A stretch of DNA of 64,000 nt from Nitrososphaerota archaeon (GTDB lineage: Archaea; Thermoproteota; Nitrososphaeria; PSMU01): NCBI GenBank assembly GCA_040290255.1, contig PSMU01000002.1:94045-158044 (forward strand), written 5' to 3'. The position numbers and the translations under genes are program-made. Within the stretch, counting starts at the first letter, position 1. The number at the start of each line of letters is the position of its first letter. Below, piece after piece: positions 19,010-28,072 of this stretch. The notes under the pieces were generated by a model. It was not told the origin of the DNA. It worked only from the letters and a program-made list of their open reading frames with translations, and ran no database searches.

Positions 19010-19646
19010 GTTGCCGGTGCAATTCCGACAGGAGCTGAATGGCCTCCTCATCGCTCACGGGCGGAAAGCTTCTGTAGAACTCGCCCACCGCAAAGAAGGG
19101 CTCCGGCGTGTAAAGGTAGATAACATCATCCGCCTCCTCCCGCAGGATGCCTAGCACCTCCTTGGGCAGCACCGGCACGGCGAGCAGGAGGCGCGAAGGA
19201 GCCCCCTTTCTGGCAAGCCTTATGGCCGCCCTGACCGTTGCGCCCGTGGCCACGCCATCATCCACGAGCACCACCGTCCTGCCGCCCAGCTGCGGCAGGG
19301 GCGCCCCGCGCCGAAGCTTTAGGGCCAGGCTCCTCGCCTGCTCGGCCAGCTCCCTTATCCTCGCCTGCAGGTATTCATTCGATATGCCGAAGCCCGAGGC
19401 CAGCTGCTCGTCGACGTAATATGAACCATCTTCGGCCACCGCCCCCAGCGCCAGCTCTGGGTTGAAGGGCGCGCCCAGCTTCCTTACGCCGAGGACGCTG
19501 GCCATGAGCCCTAGCTCCCTTGCCATATGATAGGCGACCACCACGCCGCCCCTTGGTATGGCCAGCAGCAGGGCATCGCCGCCCTTAAGTTGGCCCAAGA
19601 GGGCCGCCAGCCTGATCCCCGCCTCCTCCCGGTCGTTCAGCAGCAA
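18996..19646 (-). CDS. Type-I phosphoribosyltransferase
   Basis: 216 aa. PRPP-binding motif RTVVLVDDGVATGATVRAAI. Confidence 0.75.
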   Translation of the reverse strand: MLLNDREEAGIRLAALLGQLKGGDALLLAIPRGGVVVAYHMARELGLMASVLGVRKLGAPFNPELALGAVAEDGSYYVDEQLASGFGISNEYLQARIRELAEQARSLALKLRRGAPLPQLGGRTVVLVDDGVATGATVRAAIRLARKGAPSRLLLAVPVLPKEVLGILREEADDVIYLYTPEPFFAVGEFYRSFPPVSDEEAIQLLSELHRQPRPP

Positions 19647-19720
19647 ACCCCTCCACCCTGCCCTAGGTGCGGGTCCCCTTGAACAGGGCTTTGCATAAGA
19701 TTTCAGTTAGGCCCTATCGC

Positions 19721-19731
19721 TTTAAACTTAT
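19721..19731 (+). promoter_or_regulatory. Putative TATA box for ppsA
   Basis: tttaaacttat about 28 nt upstream of GTG 19756 in a GC-rich spacer. Confidence 0.35.
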
Positions 19732-19755
19732 AAGCAGCGCTCCTGATCGCGCCAT

Positions 19756-22137
19756 GTGGAGGAGCTCGTAGTACCGCTACGCGCGCTCACCAGGGCCAGC
19801 GTGCCCATTGCGGGGGGCAAGGCGGCGAACCTTGGCGAGCTCCTGAAAGCGGGCTTCCCGGTGCCCGAGGGATTCGTCGTCACGGCCAATGCCTTCAGGA
19901 GGTTCCTCGCCTATAACCAGCTGGAGGGCAAGATAGCGGCGCTGTTGGAGGAGGTGCAGGCCCGGGAGCCCACGCCCGCGCTCCTGGAGGATGTGAGCCA
20001 TCGGCTGCGGAAGCTCATCGTGAGCGCCCCAATGCCCCGAGAGCTCGAAGAGGCGATCGTGCAGGCCTACAACGCGCTCAGCGATGAGCAGGGGGAGGCC
20101 GCGGCCTATGTAGCGGTGCGCTCTAGCGCCACGGCGGAGGATGCGCCCGACGCCAGCTTCGCCGGCCAGCAGGAGACCTACCTTAACGTCTCCAGCCCCG
20201 AGGGCGTGATCGAGAAGGTAAAGGTGACATGGAGCAGCGTCTTCACGCCGCGCTCCATCTTTTACCGGCTTCAGAGGGGCATCTCATTACAGGAGATCAC
20301 GACGAGCACGATCGTGCAGAAGATGGTGGATGCAAGGTCTGCGGGCGTGATGTTCACGCTCAACCCCGTTACGGGGGATGATTCACAGCTCGTGATAGAA
20401 TCCAACTGGGGCCTGGGCGAATCCGTGGCGGCCGGCCTAGTGACGCCCGACAGCTTCGTGGTGGACAAGGGCTCGCTGAAGATCTTAGAGCGAAGGATCA
20501 GCAGGAAGAAGGTCATGCACGTGCGCGACCCGAAGACGGGCAGGACGGTGCAGCAGGCCGTGCCCCAGGAGATGATGGAGAGGCCCTCGCTCACCGATGA
20601 GGAGGTCATTGCTTTGGCCGAGCTGGGCATCAGGATAGAGCGGCACTTTGGTAGGGCCATGGACGTCGAGTGGGCCATCGATAAGGGGAGGCCTTTCCCC
20701 TCAAACATCTTCATCCTGCAGGCGAGGCCTGAAACGGTCTGGAGCAGGAAGGAGCAAAGGAGGGAAGCCATAAGGCCCGCCCCCGAGGCTGAAGCGGCGG
20801 CCGCGGTGGTCCTCAAGGGAATACCGGCGAGCCCCGGCGTATATTCTGGGGCCGCCAAGGTCGTGGCCACGCCAGCGGAGGCGGCCGAGAAGATGACGAA
20901 GGGCGACATTCTCGTTACGAAGGCCACGAACCCCGACTGGGTGCCCTACATGCGCCTGGCGGGGGCGATCGTCACGGATGAGGGAGGCTATACCGCGCAC
21001 GCGGCAATAGTTTCGCGGGAGCTCGGCATTCCCTGTGTCGTCGGCACCCAGAAGGCCACGGAGCTGATGAAGACGGGTAAGGTTTATACGGTCGATGGGA
21101 AGGCCGGCCTCGTCTACGAGGGGGTAAAGGAGGAGCTGGTCAGGCCCGCGGAGAGAAGGCCTGAGGCGGGGCCCCCGCTGGTGGAGGTGCCCATCACGGG
21201 CACCAAGGTCTTCATGAACCTTGGCGTGCCGGATAAAATAGAGGAGTATGCACACCTGCCCTTCGACGGCATTGGCCTGATGAGGGTGGAGTTCATCATG
21301 GCCTCCTACATAGGCGACCACCCCAACTATATGATAGAGACGGGAAGGTCCCAGGAGTTCGTGGAGAGGATGGCCGAGGGCATCGCGAGGGTGGCGAGGG
21401 CCATCTATCCCAGGCCCGTCGTGGTCAGGTTCAGCGACTTCAAGACCAACGAATACGCCCAGTTGAGGGGAGGGGAGAGCTACGAGCCCAAGGAGGACAA
21501 TCCCATGCTGGGCTGGAGGGGGGTGAGCCGCTACATCAGCAGGCAATACGAGAAGGCCTTCAGGCTGGAGTGCAGGGCCATAAGGAAGTGCAGGGAGGAA
21601 CTGGGCCTGAGGAACGTCTGGGTCATGCTGCCCTTCGTCAGGACCACCTGGGAGGTGGAGAGGTGCCTTACGCTGCTGGAGGAGGAGGGCCTGAAGAGGG
21701 GGCCCGACTTCAAGGTCTGGCTGATGGCGGAGGTGCCCAGCGTGATCTTCCTTGCGGACAGGTTCGCCAAGCTCTGCGACGGCTTCAGCATAGGCAGCAA
21801 CGACCTTACGCAGCTCATCCTCGGCGTGGACAGGGACAGCCAGCTGCTGCCCTCGCTGGACCCCAGGTACTTTGATGAGAGGGATGAGGCGGTCCGGAGG
21901 GCCATCTCCCACCTGATTAGCGTGGCCCACGAGCATGGCGTCACCGTCTCCATCTGCGGGCAGGCCCCCTCACAGTATCCCGACTTCACCGAGTTCCTCA
22001 TAAGGCAGGGCATCGACAGCATCAGCGTGAACCCCGACGTCGTCGTTCAGACCAGGAGGCTCGTCGCCAGCGCCGAGCGGCGCGTGCTCCTCGAGAAGGC
22101 CCTATCACAGGGGAAGGACCCCGAGCACTTAGGCTGA
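19756..22137 (+). CDS. ppsA: Phosphoenolpyruvate synthase (pyruvate, water dikinase)
   Basis: 793 aa. An N-terminal ATP-grasp region with GGKAANLGEL, a phospho-His swivel domain TDEGGYTAHAAIVSRELGIPCVVG, and a C-terminal PEP-utilising TIM barrel (GSNDLTQ). Confidence 0.9.
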   Translation: MEELVVPLRALTRASVPIAGGKAANLGELLKAGFPVPEGFVVTANAFRRFLAYNQLEGKIAALLEEVQAREPTPALLEDVSHRLRKLIVSAPMPRELEEAIVQAYNALSDEQGEAAAYVAVRSSATAEDAPDASFAGQQETYLNVSSPEGVIEKVKVTWSSVFTPRSIFYRLQRGISLQEITTSTIVQKMVDARSAGVMFTLNPVTGDDSQLVIESNWGLGESVAAGLVTPDSFVVDKGSLKILERRISRKKVMHVRDPKTGRTVQQAVPQEMMERPSLTDEEVIALAELGIRIERHFGRAMDVEWAIDKGRPFPSNIFILQARPETVWSRKEQRREAIRPAPEAEAAAAVVLKGIPASPGVYSGAAKVVATPAEAAEKMTKGDILVTKATNPDWVPYMRLAGAIVTDEGGYTAHAAIVSRELGIPCVVGTQKATELMKTGKVYTVDGKAGLVYEGVKEELVRPAERRPEAGPPLVEVPITGTKVFMNLGVPDKIEEYAHLPFDGIGLMRVEFIMASYIGDHPNYMIETGRSQEFVERMAEGIARVARAIYPRPVVVRFSDFKTNEYAQLRGGESYEPKEDNPMLGWRGVSRYISRQYEKAFRLECRAIRKCREELGLRNVWVMLPFVRTTWEVERCLTLLEEEGLKRGPDFKVWLMAEVPSVIFLADRFAKLCDGFSIGSNDLTQLILGVDRDSQLLPSLDPRYFDERDEAVRRAISHLISVAHEHGVTVSICGQAPSQYPDFTEFLIRQGIDSISVNPDVVVQTRRLVASAERRVLLEKALSQGKDPEHLG

Positions 22138-22177
22138 GGCTAGAAGCTATAAATATCATGATCCCGAGCCTGATGCT

Positions 22178-22465
22178 GTGAGTAGGGATCAAGCAGTTGG
22201 TGCCTTGGTGCTGGTCGTGAGCATTGCCGCGCTCATCGCATACATCTGGCTCCTCTTCTTCTCCGAGTTTTACCTCTTCGTCATCAAGCTCACGGCGCTG
22301 GTGGCCGTAGGAGGACTGCTGGGCATCCTGGCCTGGATCGGCTACACGCTGGCCACAACGCCTCCCCCTCCGCCGCTGGAGGAGCTAGAAAAGGAGGTCA
22401 TGGCTGAGACACAGCCAAGCCAGGGAACGGCCGAGGAGAAGAAGGAGAAGCAGGAGCAGCAGTAA
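22178..22465 (+). CDS. Small membrane protein (2 TM helices, poly-Pro/acidic tail)
   Basis: 95 aa with two hydrophobic helices, then TPPPPPLEELEKE and a K/E-rich tail. No known motif. Confidence 0.4.
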   Translation: MSRDQAVGALVLVVSIAALIAYIWLLFFSEFYLFVIKLTALVAVGGLLGILAWIGYTLATTPPPPPLEELEKEVMAETQPSQGTAEEKKEKQEQQ

Positions 22466-22474
22466 GTTAGTCCG

Positions 22475-23458
22475 CTATAGCGGCGTCGCCATTATATTTT
22501 CGTCCTTCCTTACGGGCACATCGACGCCTTCGACGCCCAGCTCGGGTATGGAGGGAACCTGAACGCCCACCTCCTCCAGCTTGCCCCTATGCTTCTCGAT
22601 CGCCTTGGCCCAGGCTTCGCCCCTCTCCTCTACGGTGGGAACTCCCAGCCCTCCCTGCCGGGCCAGCTCCTCGAGCTTCTGGTCCACCTCCCAGAAGTCC
22701 GCGGGAAGCCTCCAGAACTCGCCCACGGGCTTATACAAGAGAGGCGAGAGGTAGATGAAGCCGTGCTTCATCTGCCTCGTCACCATGAGGCGCCTCTTGG
22801 GGTCCATGCTGCCGGCGAGCCTCTCGAGCAGGGCCAGCGTGCCCATGAGGTGCCTAGTTTCATCCCTGGTGATATGCGTGAAGGCCTGGCTGTAGGTCTT
22901 CAGCTTGGACCTCTCGCCCACCTCCCTAAAGATGAGCTGGGCCCCTATTTCGGCGAAGAAGAAGCTGGAGAAGATGAGCTCCAGCGGGTACTTCTCCCAG
23001 GCCCTCTCGAAGGCCGCCCAATAGCGCCGGCCGTTCTCGTACATAACGTTGATGTTTCTGAGCGCCTTCTCCTCCAGCTCGCCCTGAGGCTTAAACCTGT
23101 ACGGGAAGCCGGGGCAAAGCCTCGAGCACCCCCTCCTGCAAATTTCATCATGCCGGCATTCGTCGAAGGCCACGGCGGCCATGAACTTCTTCGTGGGGTC
23201 CTCTAGGTTATGTCTGCCCGCCTGCAGCGAGGCCTGCGCGAAGGCCCCTATGCCCGACTTCTCAAAGAGCGCCAGCTTGGCCAGCCAGTAGGCCTGGCCC
23301 AGCGCCTGGGGCCTATCGAAGTTGCGCTGCTCCAGCTCCTCCCAGGGGAGCGCGACGGGGCTCCAGTTCTGCGGGAACCAAAGCTCATAGGTGCGCAGCA
23401 GCTGAGGCGTTATCACATCCCAGTTGCCTGGGAAGATGTTGGGCCCCTCATCGGCCAT
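22475..23458 (-). CDS. Ferritin-like diiron-carboxylate protein (AurF-like oxygenase candidate)
   Basis: 327 aa with a four-site metal pattern: E (LALFEKSG), FDECRHDE (ExxH), E (FFFAEIGAQ), RDETRH (ExxH). This is the classic E/ExxH/E/ExxH diiron helix-bundle ligand set, and the DExRH repeats are typical of AurF/CmlI-type N-oxygenase-like proteins. Confidence 0.55.
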   Translation of the reverse strand: MADEGPNIFPGNWDVITPQLLRTYELWFPQNWSPVALPWEELEQRNFDRPQALGQAYWLAKLALFEKSGIGAFAQASLQAGRHNLEDPTKKFMAAVAFDECRHDEICRRGCSRLCPGFPYRFKPQGELEEKALRNINVMYENGRRYWAAFERAWEKYPLELIFSSFFFAEIGAQLIFREVGERSKLKTYSQAFTHITRDETRHLMGTLALLERLAGSMDPKRRLMVTRQMKHGFIYLSPLLYKPVGEFWRLPADFWEVDQKLEELARQGGLGVPTVEERGEAWAKAIEKHRGKLEEVGVQVPSIPELGVEGVDVPVRKDENIMATPL

Positions 23459-23594
23459 GTTTAAGGGGATGCGGCCCGCGTTAAAAAGTTACCGCCTTCC
23501 CCAGCACTCTCCCTGATGCCTTCATGCCCTCCTAGCCGCAAAGGAGCACCGCGCGCTGACGAAAGGTTTTATTCTTGGGAGGTTGACGAACGCC

Positions 23595-24854
23595 ATGAGG
23601 CCCGGCGCCCTGCTCTTCCTCGGCGCTCTTCTGCTCATGGCGACGGCGCCGTTTATCGCACATATAGCTTCGGGCCAACAGGCAGGCGTGCTCATCGTGC
23701 GCTTCGACGTGCCCGTGGACCCCGGCTCCTCGACCATGATGGCCAGGGCCGTGGGCATGGCCAAGGACATGGGCGCCAAGGCCCTGGTCATAGTCCTGAA
23801 CACGCCGGGCGGCCTGATGGCGGACATGCAGAAGATCATCGCCTCCATAGCCGACGCCGAGGCAGCAGGCATACGGGTCTACTCGTACGTGGAACCCAAT
23901 GGCCTTGCGGCCTCGGCGGGCAGCTACATAGCGATGGCCACGGCCAAGATCATTATGGGCCCCGGCTCCGTGATCGGGCCCTCCACGCCCATCGTGGTCG
24001 GCGGAACCGAGCTGGAGCAGAACCATACGGCATCGGCGGCGCTGCAGCTCATGGTGAGCTTGGCGCAGAGGTGGGGCAGGAACACCACGGCCGTCTACTA
24101 TATGGTGGCCGCCAACAGGGCCTATTCGGCCGAGGAGGCGGTCCGCCTGCACGTGGCCGATGCGCTCAGCCCCTCCCTAGGGGCGGCGTTGGCCTACCTA
24201 AACCTCACTGGCCTATCAAGGGCGCAAGTTGCCGAGAGCCCCTATGAGCAGCTGCTCAGCCTGCTGAGCAACCCGCTGGTGGCGGGCCTAATGATGCTGC
24301 TGGGCACGCTGGCCCTCGTGCTCGACCTCTATCACCCCACCCTGCTGCTATCGCTGGTGGGCGGCATCGCCATCGTGGCGGGCCTGGTGGGCGCCGAGCT
24401 CATTCACGCCTCCGCCCTGGGCCTGGCGCTGCTGCTGGCCGCCGCGACGTTGATCTTCCTAGAACTGAAGCTGGGGCACGGGCTGGCCGTTATGGGGGGC
24501 ATCGCGCTCGGGGCGCTGGGGATCTACCTCTTGGCCAGCGGAGTTCCCTACTCTCCCTCCCCCATAACGGGCTTCACGCAGGTGGCCCTCGTGGGCGTCG
24601 TGGCGCTGGGCATCATGCTGGGGCTCTATGTGCGCTGGGTCTTGGCCCCGCTCAGGAGAAGGAGGGCCTTGGCCGGTGCGGAGGCGCTCATAGGCAAGGA
24701 GGGCATAGCCATTACGCCGCTCAGGCCTGATGGGGAGGTGAGGGTGGAGGGCGTGGTATGGCAGGCCACGAGCGTGAGCGGCGAGATCGAGCAGGGCAGG
24801 AAGGTCAGGGTAAAGGAGATCAGGGGCGTAAGGCTCCTCGTGGAGCGGGCCTAG
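23595..24854 (+). CDS. NfeD long-form membrane-bound ClpP-class serine protease (stomatin operon partner)
   Basis: A signal/TM N-terminus, a ClpP-like protease core (VLNTPGGLMADM, AASAGSYIAMA), multiple TM helices, and a C-terminal OB-fold-like beta domain. Arranged as in Pyrococcus PH1510-PH1511. Confidence 0.8.
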   Translation: MRPGALLFLGALLLMATAPFIAHIASGQQAGVLIVRFDVPVDPGSSTMMARAVGMAKDMGAKALVIVLNTPGGLMADMQKIIASIADAEAAGIRVYSYVEPNGLAASAGSYIAMATAKIIMGPGSVIGPSTPIVVGGTELEQNHTASAALQLMVSLAQRWGRNTTAVYYMVAANRAYSAEEAVRLHVADALSPSLGAALAYLNLTGLSRAQVAESPYEQLLSLLSNPLVAGLMMLLGTLALVLDLYHPTLLLSLVGGIAIVAGLVGAELIHASALGLALLLAAATLIFLELKLGHGLAVMGGIALGALGIYLLASGVPYSPSPITGFTQVALVGVVALGIMLGLYVRWVLAPLRRRRALAGAEALIGKEGIAITPLRPDGEVRVEGVVWQATSVSGEIEQGRKVRVKEIRGVRLLVERA

Positions 24855-24896
24855 AAAGCCTTATTAGCTTCGGCGCGCTAACTACATCGAAAGAGC

Positions 24897-25736
24897 TTGG
24901 TGGATCCCTTTGTGCTGGGCGCCGAGATCTTCATAGGCCTCATCGTGGTATCGATCCTGCTCAGCGGCATCAAGGTGCTGAAGGAGTGGGAGAGGGCGCC
25001 CCTCCTGATCCTGGGCCGCTATAGGGGGCTCAAGGGGCCGGGCATAATCTACGTGCCGCCCTTCGTGGGCAGGGTGCCCTTCGTCATCTCGACGAGGTTG
25101 CAGGTCGTCTCCTTCCGCACGGAGCGCACGCTCACGCGTGACAACGTGCCCGTGGTGGTGGATGCGGTCATGTACTTTCAGCCCGTCGACTTGGAGAAGG
25201 TGGTGCTGAACGTGGAGGACTACATCACCGCCACGCAGCTGGCGGCGCAGACGACGCTGAGGGAGGTCATAGGCCAGACGACCTTCGATGAGCTGCTGAC
25301 GGAAAGGGAAAAGATAGGCTCCATCGCCAGGAAGATCATCGATGACAAGACGGAAGCATGGGGCGTAAAGGTTACGTCCGTGGAGATAAAGGACGTGGTG
25401 ATACCGGCCGAGCTCCAGGAGGCCATGTCCAGGCAGGCGCAGGCCGAGAGGGAGAGGAGGGCAAGGGTCACGCTGGCCCTCGCGGAGTTTGAGGCGGCGC
25501 AAAAGATGGTGGAGGCGGCCAACCTTTACGCGAATAACGTGAGGGCCTTCGAGCTAAGGTGGATGAACATAGTCTATGAGCTGGGGCTTCAGGGCAAGAA
25601 CGCCCTGATCCTCGTGCCCACCAACATGCCCACGGTGGGGCCGAGCCTGTCCACGCTGGGGCTCTTGGGCCTTAGGCAGGGCGAGCTTAAGCCGGGCGAG
25701 GGCGAGAAGAGGGCCGAAGGCGAGGGGACAGGCTAG
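24897..25736 (+). CDS. Stomatin/prohibitin (SPFH, band-7) family protein
   Basis: An N-terminal TM anchor, the SPFH core ILGRYRGLKGPGIIYVPPFV...VPVVVDAVMYFQ, and a coiled-coil tail. Immediately downstream of NfeD. Confidence 0.85.
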   Translation: MVDPFVLGAEIFIGLIVVSILLSGIKVLKEWERAPLLILGRYRGLKGPGIIYVPPFVGRVPFVISTRLQVVSFRTERTLTRDNVPVVVDAVMYFQPVDLEKVVLNVEDYITATQLAAQTTLREVIGQTTFDELLTEREKIGSIARKIIDDKTEAWGVKVTSVEIKDVVIPAELQEAMSRQAQAERERRARVTLALAEFEAAQKMVEAANLYANNVRAFELRWMNIVYELGLQGKNALILVPTNMPTVGPSLSTLGLLGLRQGELKPGEGEKRAEGEGTG

Positions 25737-26601
25737 CGAGAAGCGCGCCCGCAACCACGAGCGCCCCGCCAACCGCTTCGTTTTGAGCCACTGGCTCGCC
25801 CAGCAGCACCATGTCCAGGAGGGGCGCAAAGACGGGTATGAGGTTGGAGAAGGGGGCGGCCACGTTGGGCCCCACGGCCTCGACCGCTATGTACCAGGCC
25901 GCGAAGGCCAGCGCGGCCGCGATGAAGGAGGCGTAGGCCAAAAGGAGCCAGTCCCTAGGCCTTAGGGCATAGTTCGCCCCCAGCGCCAGCTCCAGCGCGC
26001 TGCCCGCCAGGCCCACCGGAAGCGAATATAGCGAGGCCATGAACGTCGCCTGGACGGGCCCCAGCTGATACCTCTTCATGGCCCATCTGCCCAGCACGGT
26101 ATACAGCGACCAGCCGAGCGTGGCCAGGAGCGCGTACATATCTCCCACCGATATCGCCAGGGCCGGGGAGGGCGTGCCCACGATGACCACGATGCCCACG
26201 AGGGAGAGCAGGATGCCCAACGCGTTAGAAGGGGAGGGCCTTTCCTTGAGAAGGAGCGCGCTGAGCAGGGAGAGCAGCGCGGGCGTGAAGCCGTAAATGA
26301 GCCCCGACCTAGCGGCCGTGACCTTGGCGAGCGAAAGGTAGAGCACGGCCGTGAAGCCGTACGTGCCCGTGAGCGAGAGCGCCAGGCCCAAGGGCCATCG
26401 CCTAAGTACAGCCCGCTCGTTCTCCTGAGACTTAGAGCGGCTCCAGCCGTACAGGAGGGGCGTCGCCAGCAGCCAGCGCAGGAAGGAGAGCGTGAAGGGA
26501 GGGAGGTCCAGAACAAGCACGCGCCCCGCGAGGAGATGAAGGCTCCAGGCCAGATGGACCAGCACGAGCAGCGTAAGCGCTAGGCCTCTCGAGACGGGCA
26601 T
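25687..26601 (-). CDS. EamA/DMT-superfamily transporter
   Basis: 304 aa with 10 predicted TM helices in two EamA-like halves. The 3' end overlaps the stomatin 3' end convergently by about 50 nt. Confidence 0.7.
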   Translation of the reverse strand: MPVSRGLALTLLVLVHLAWSLHLLAGRVLVLDLPPFTLSFLRWLLATPLLYGWSRSKSQENERAVLRRWPLGLALSLTGTYGFTAVLYLSLAKVTAARSGLIYGFTPALLSLLSALLLKERPSPSNALGILLSLVGIVVIVGTPSPALAISVGDMYALLATLGWSLYTVLGRWAMKRYQLGPVQATFMASLYSLPVGLAGSALELALGANYALRPRDWLLLAYASFIAAALAFAAWYIAVEAVGPNVAAPFSNLIPVFAPLLDMVLLGEPVAQNEAVGGALVVAGALLASLSPRLRPSSRPRPA

Positions 26602-26641
26602 CCGCTAGCCCCCCGAGGAGCCCATAAAAAAGTAAGGCTCG

Positions 26642-27301
26642 TCAGAACTTGGCAGGAAACTGGGCGACGATGCCGCTCGCAAGCGTGTCGGCTATGGCCC
26701 TCGCGTTTTGTAGCATCTGGCCCCAGACCGTGGCATCACGGGCCCAATCGGAAGCCGTTATCGCATCGATCTGGGCCTTGTGAAGGCCCACGTGCCCCGC
26801 CAGGGCCGCCGAGACGGCCTGCCTGGGCCAGTTGGGGTTGGCCTGGCTGAGGAAGGAGGCTATGGCATCCGCGTTCGCCGTCATCCGTTGCACGGCCTGG
26901 CTTTGGCCCGTGGAATTTCCCGTCAGGGCCGCGACGGCATAGGCCACGACGAACTTGATATGGTCCCTCAGCAGGGAGAGGGCCTGCGCGCCCGCTCCTG
27001 GATAAAACTGGTCCAGGGCGCTCGCGAGCTGCTGGGCATTCGCGTCGAGCTGCTGGGCGGCCTGGTCGAAGGCTGGGCTATTTGCGGTCTTTGCCGCCAG
27101 CACCGCCTCCCTGGCCCAGAAGGCGTGGTCGACCCAGAGCTCCCTCAGCGTGAGCCTCAGCTGAATGGCCCTCTCTGAGGGCGCCTTGGGCGCTGCGGCC
27201 GCGCCCAGAGGATAGGCGATGGCCCCTCCTATGATGAGCCCGAGCACGAGCCCCGCCACAAGCCAGACCTGGCTCCTGCCGCGCGCCTGTTGGGAGGACA
27301 T
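26642..27301 (-). CDS. Membrane-anchored alpha-helical protein, His-containing (unknown function)
   Basis: The internal ATG at 27301 is preferred over the ORF-track start. An N-terminal TM anchor (VWLVAGLVLGLIIGGAIA) is followed by a helical domain with DHAFW, RDHIKF and GHVGLHK. Confidence 0.5.
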   Translation of the reverse strand: MSSQQARGRSQVWLVAGLVLGLIIGGAIAYPLGAAAAPKAPSERAIQLRLTLRELWVDHAFWAREAVLAAKTANSPAFDQAAQQLDANAQQLASALDQFYPGAGAQALSLLRDHIKFVVAYAVAALTGNSTGQSQAVQRMTANADAIASFLSQANPNWPRQAVSAALAGHVGLHKAQIDAITASDWARDATVWGQMLQNARAIADTLASGIVAQFPAKF

Positions 27302-27319
27302 CGGCGCACCCTGGCACCG

Positions 27320-27340
27320 GGCTATTATAAAGTTTAATTT
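27320..27340 (-). promoter_or_regulatory. Putative BRE/TATA promoter for leaderless minus-strand gene 26642..27301
   Basis: The minus strand reads TTAAACTTTATAATAGCC, with the TTTATAAT core about 26 nt upstream of ATG 27301. The shared 130-nt AT-rich spacer also serves the divergent regulator gene. Confidence 0.4.
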
Positions 27341-27431
27341 TTGAGAATAAAATCCCTTCTCATGGGGTTGCCCGATTGTCAGCGAATAGATGTACAAATA
27401 GGCTTTTATTCTTGCCGCATGCGGGCCCGGC

Positions 27432-28028
27432 ATGCCCCTGGCCGCGCCGCTGAAGAGGGTCAAGACGAAGCTTCTCTCGCTGCTCCTGCTGAACGCCAGC
27501 AGCGCCCAGGAGCTCTCCCAGAAGCTCAGGCTGAACAAGACCGCCGTCCGGCGCCACCTAGAGGAGATGACGGCCCTCTCGCTGCTGGGCTACAGGTTTG
27601 AGAGGAGGGGAAGGGGGAGGCCTAGGAAGGTCTATTACGCCACGCCTCTGGGGAGGGAATTCCTCTTCGATGCCTATCCCCTCCTGCTCGCGCAGCTCTC
27701 CGAGGTGCTGAAGAAGGCGGGGCCGGGAGAGGCGACCTCGCTCTTCTCCCAGCTAGGAGCGGCGCTGGCCAAGGAGGCCAGCAGGAGGGGAGGCGGCCTA
27801 GAGGCCCTGAAGGAGCTGGGCTTCATATCGCGCGAGGAGAGGCAAGACGGAACGCGAGCGATAATCACCTTCAACTGTCCGGTGCTCAGGGTGGCGCAGG
27901 CTCACCCCGAGCTATTCTGCGATGCCCTGCACAGCGCCCTGCTGGGCACCCTTCTGGGGACAAGGGCCAGGATGAGGAAGACGATGGCGCTAGGGGCCCC
28001 GGCCTGCTTCCACGAGCTCAGCGCATGA
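27432..28028 (+). CDS. ArsR-type winged-HTH transcriptional regulator with Cys/His-containing C-terminal domain
   Basis: N-terminal LLNASSAQELSQKLRLNKTAVRRHLEEM (HTH). The C-terminus holds NCPVLR...FCDALHSAL...CFHE. Confidence 0.65.
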   Translation: MPLAAPLKRVKTKLLSLLLLNASSAQELSQKLRLNKTAVRRHLEEMTALSLLGYRFERRGRGRPRKVYYATPLGREFLFDAYPLLLAQLSEVLKKAGPGEATSLFSQLGAALAKEASRRGGGLEALKELGFISREERQDGTRAIITFNCPVLRVAQAHPELFCDALHSALLGTLLGTRARMRKTMALGAPACFHELSA

Positions 28029-28072
28029 TGTCGAAAGCGCTATAAGCCCCTCTTGCGCCTTTTCGCCGACAA

